From: Mobula hypostoma
Lineage: Eukaryota
Reading direction: 5' to 3'
Assembly: GCF_963921235.1 (NCBI RefSeq)
Contig: NW_026948158.1
Coordinates: forward strand, 372,001 to 436,000
DNA length: 64,000 nt
The notes under the pieces are model-generated. The model made no database searches. It was given only the letters and a program-made list of their open reading frames with translations, and was not told the origin of the DNA. Position numbers and translations under genes: made by a program. Positions within the stretch are counted from its first letter, which is position 1; each line of letters opens with the position of its first letter. This document shows positions 62,319 through 64,000 of this stretch, piece after piece.

Positions 62319-62990
62319 CCTTCCAGACTCTGTGGAAATATAGGGAAGAAAGACGGTAACGACGTGTTCTCCCCTATATTTCCATGGAATCTGGAAGGAT
62401 CTCAAGGTTGCTGAAGAAAATTCCGATTAAGGAAGCACAAGTCGCAGTTTATGACAGTCAAACATGACTGATTCATGTCGGCTGGCGTTTACAGGATTCG
62501 CGATGAATATGGAACAACATATATTGACCAGGTGGGTCGCATGGTGGAAACCTGCATCAAGGAGCACAGGAGGCGCATCGGCTTGAGTTACCCAGAGGAA
62601 TCAGCGGTAGTGGAACATTGTAATCGCAATGGCCATAGCATTGAGTTCGACGGCACAAAACGACTGTTCTGCGCAAATGTTTTTTTTGGGACCGACTGTT
62701 AAAGGATGCCATTGATATTAAACTAGAAGAAGGAACAAATAACAAAGCCGAACGTCGCGCTCGAATTAAGAACTGGAAGTCGATTGTAATGTGGGAGAGT
62801 TAAAACCTGATAGGACGAGGACCAACCAAACAGGAAGAGCTGATCACCAATGTATAAATACTGTACTATCAGATTAGATATGTCCAGGCATCATGCCTAA
62901 AGACGATGGCAGATTTTGTCATCGATACATCACTTTTAATTGATACCTTTACCCCCTGTAACCGCTGGAAGGTTGAGAAGTTTATTCGAC
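62319..62990 (+). mobile_element. Second-family Penelope-like fragment (GIY-YIG) with inverted 5' junction
   Basis: AGVYRI..TYIDQVGR..CIKEH..SAVVEH motif and a 32-bp inverted repeat at the left end. Confidence 0.8.
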
Positions 62991-63319
62991 ATAAAACTCT
63001 TATTAATATACTGTACTTATATTAATGTAATTATTAATAATGTCCTTTATCTTAGTTGCCACTGATAATTTGTGACTTGGGTTGCCCTTTTGATGTCTTT
63101 TTTTTTCTGTACACTCTTGATGCCATTGAAAGACCTCTCCAATTTTCGCTGTACTTTCCCTGCAACATATTTTTTTTTCCCAGTTAATCACTTAATACAC
63201 CTTGACCTTCAGAGTTCCCTGGATGTGCTGTCCTTGTCCATCCTACATACAGGCATACGGTGATGCTGAACTCTCAGTCCTTCACGCTGACGTGACTCAT
63301 GTAGGTTTATCTGCAGGTA

Positions 63320-64000
63320 CAGTGCCTGAATAATGTATTCAGCCTCACAACAATTTTCACATTTAATGTCTCATTTTCTAAGTTTAAATTACATTAAAGT
63401 AGGATTTCTGAGCTAATCTACAAAACACTGTCCATCATGTCAAATCAAAAGATAAAAAAACATAACCTGTCAAATATTCAAACAAAGTTAAAACCAAAAT
63501 CTTGATTCTTAAAAAGTATTCAAGACTCAAAAAAAAAAAATTCTTAAAAAATAAACTTTCCTTAGGTGCAATATCCTGATTTAACTTAACAACTCACCTA
63601 ATTTGTTGATATTGAAAACTGGAGGATCGCCTGTTTTCAATGAATTCTGAATAATTAGTACACCTTTCTTTGGAAGGTCAAAGAGTACGGTAGATATGCA
63701 ACTGACCAAACCAAATTGAAGATAAAAAGCTTTCAAGACAAGTCAGAGAAATAATCACAGAGAAGCACAAATTTTTGAGGAAAGGTACAAGATCATCCCA
63801 AGCGCACTGAAAATACCTCAGAATTTACTACAGCCGAATGTAAGAAGAGTGGGAAAATATGAAGCATGAAATCACTGCCAAGTTACCGAGGTCAGGCACC
63901 CTTCTAAACATAGTCACTGGAGGAGAATAGCTCTTGTAAGTGAGGCTACTGTGACAGTAACAGTCACTCGGAGTGACTTGCAGAAGTCAGTGGCTGCAGC
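63320..64000 (+). mobile_element. Tc1-like transposon 5' part (runs off the window)
   Basis: ta|cagtgcc TIR start and a decayed N-terminal transposase (..GYKII..ALKIP..). Confidence 0.75.

Overview
Vertebrate genomic DNA, most likely a cartilaginous fish (inferred from the repeat landscape and the GPR139-like receptor type), with one 200-N assembly gap. Most of the window is nested, decayed mobile DNA: CR1 and Rex1/Babar-type LINEs, Penelope-like elements, Gypsy pol and solo LTRs, two Tc1 elements and an endogenous retrovirus env relic. Embedded in it is a histone/tRNA birth-and-death cluster. This includes an intact H2B, an H4 whose stop codon reads TCA, an H2A-like relic and orphan histone-type promoters. 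It also includes intact tRNA-Asp, -Asn and -iMet genes, a variant tRNA-Asp and five tRNA pseudogenes, some inside a diverged ~2.5-kb duplication. There is one two-exon class A GPCR. The most notable non-obvious signal is a family of short (about 90-230 bp) Penelope-derived inserts. Several are flanked by target-site duplications and several carry minimal hammerhead ribozyme motifs (CTGANGA...GAAACGTC). Boundaries of decayed repeats are approximate, and all calls were made by eye without database searches.
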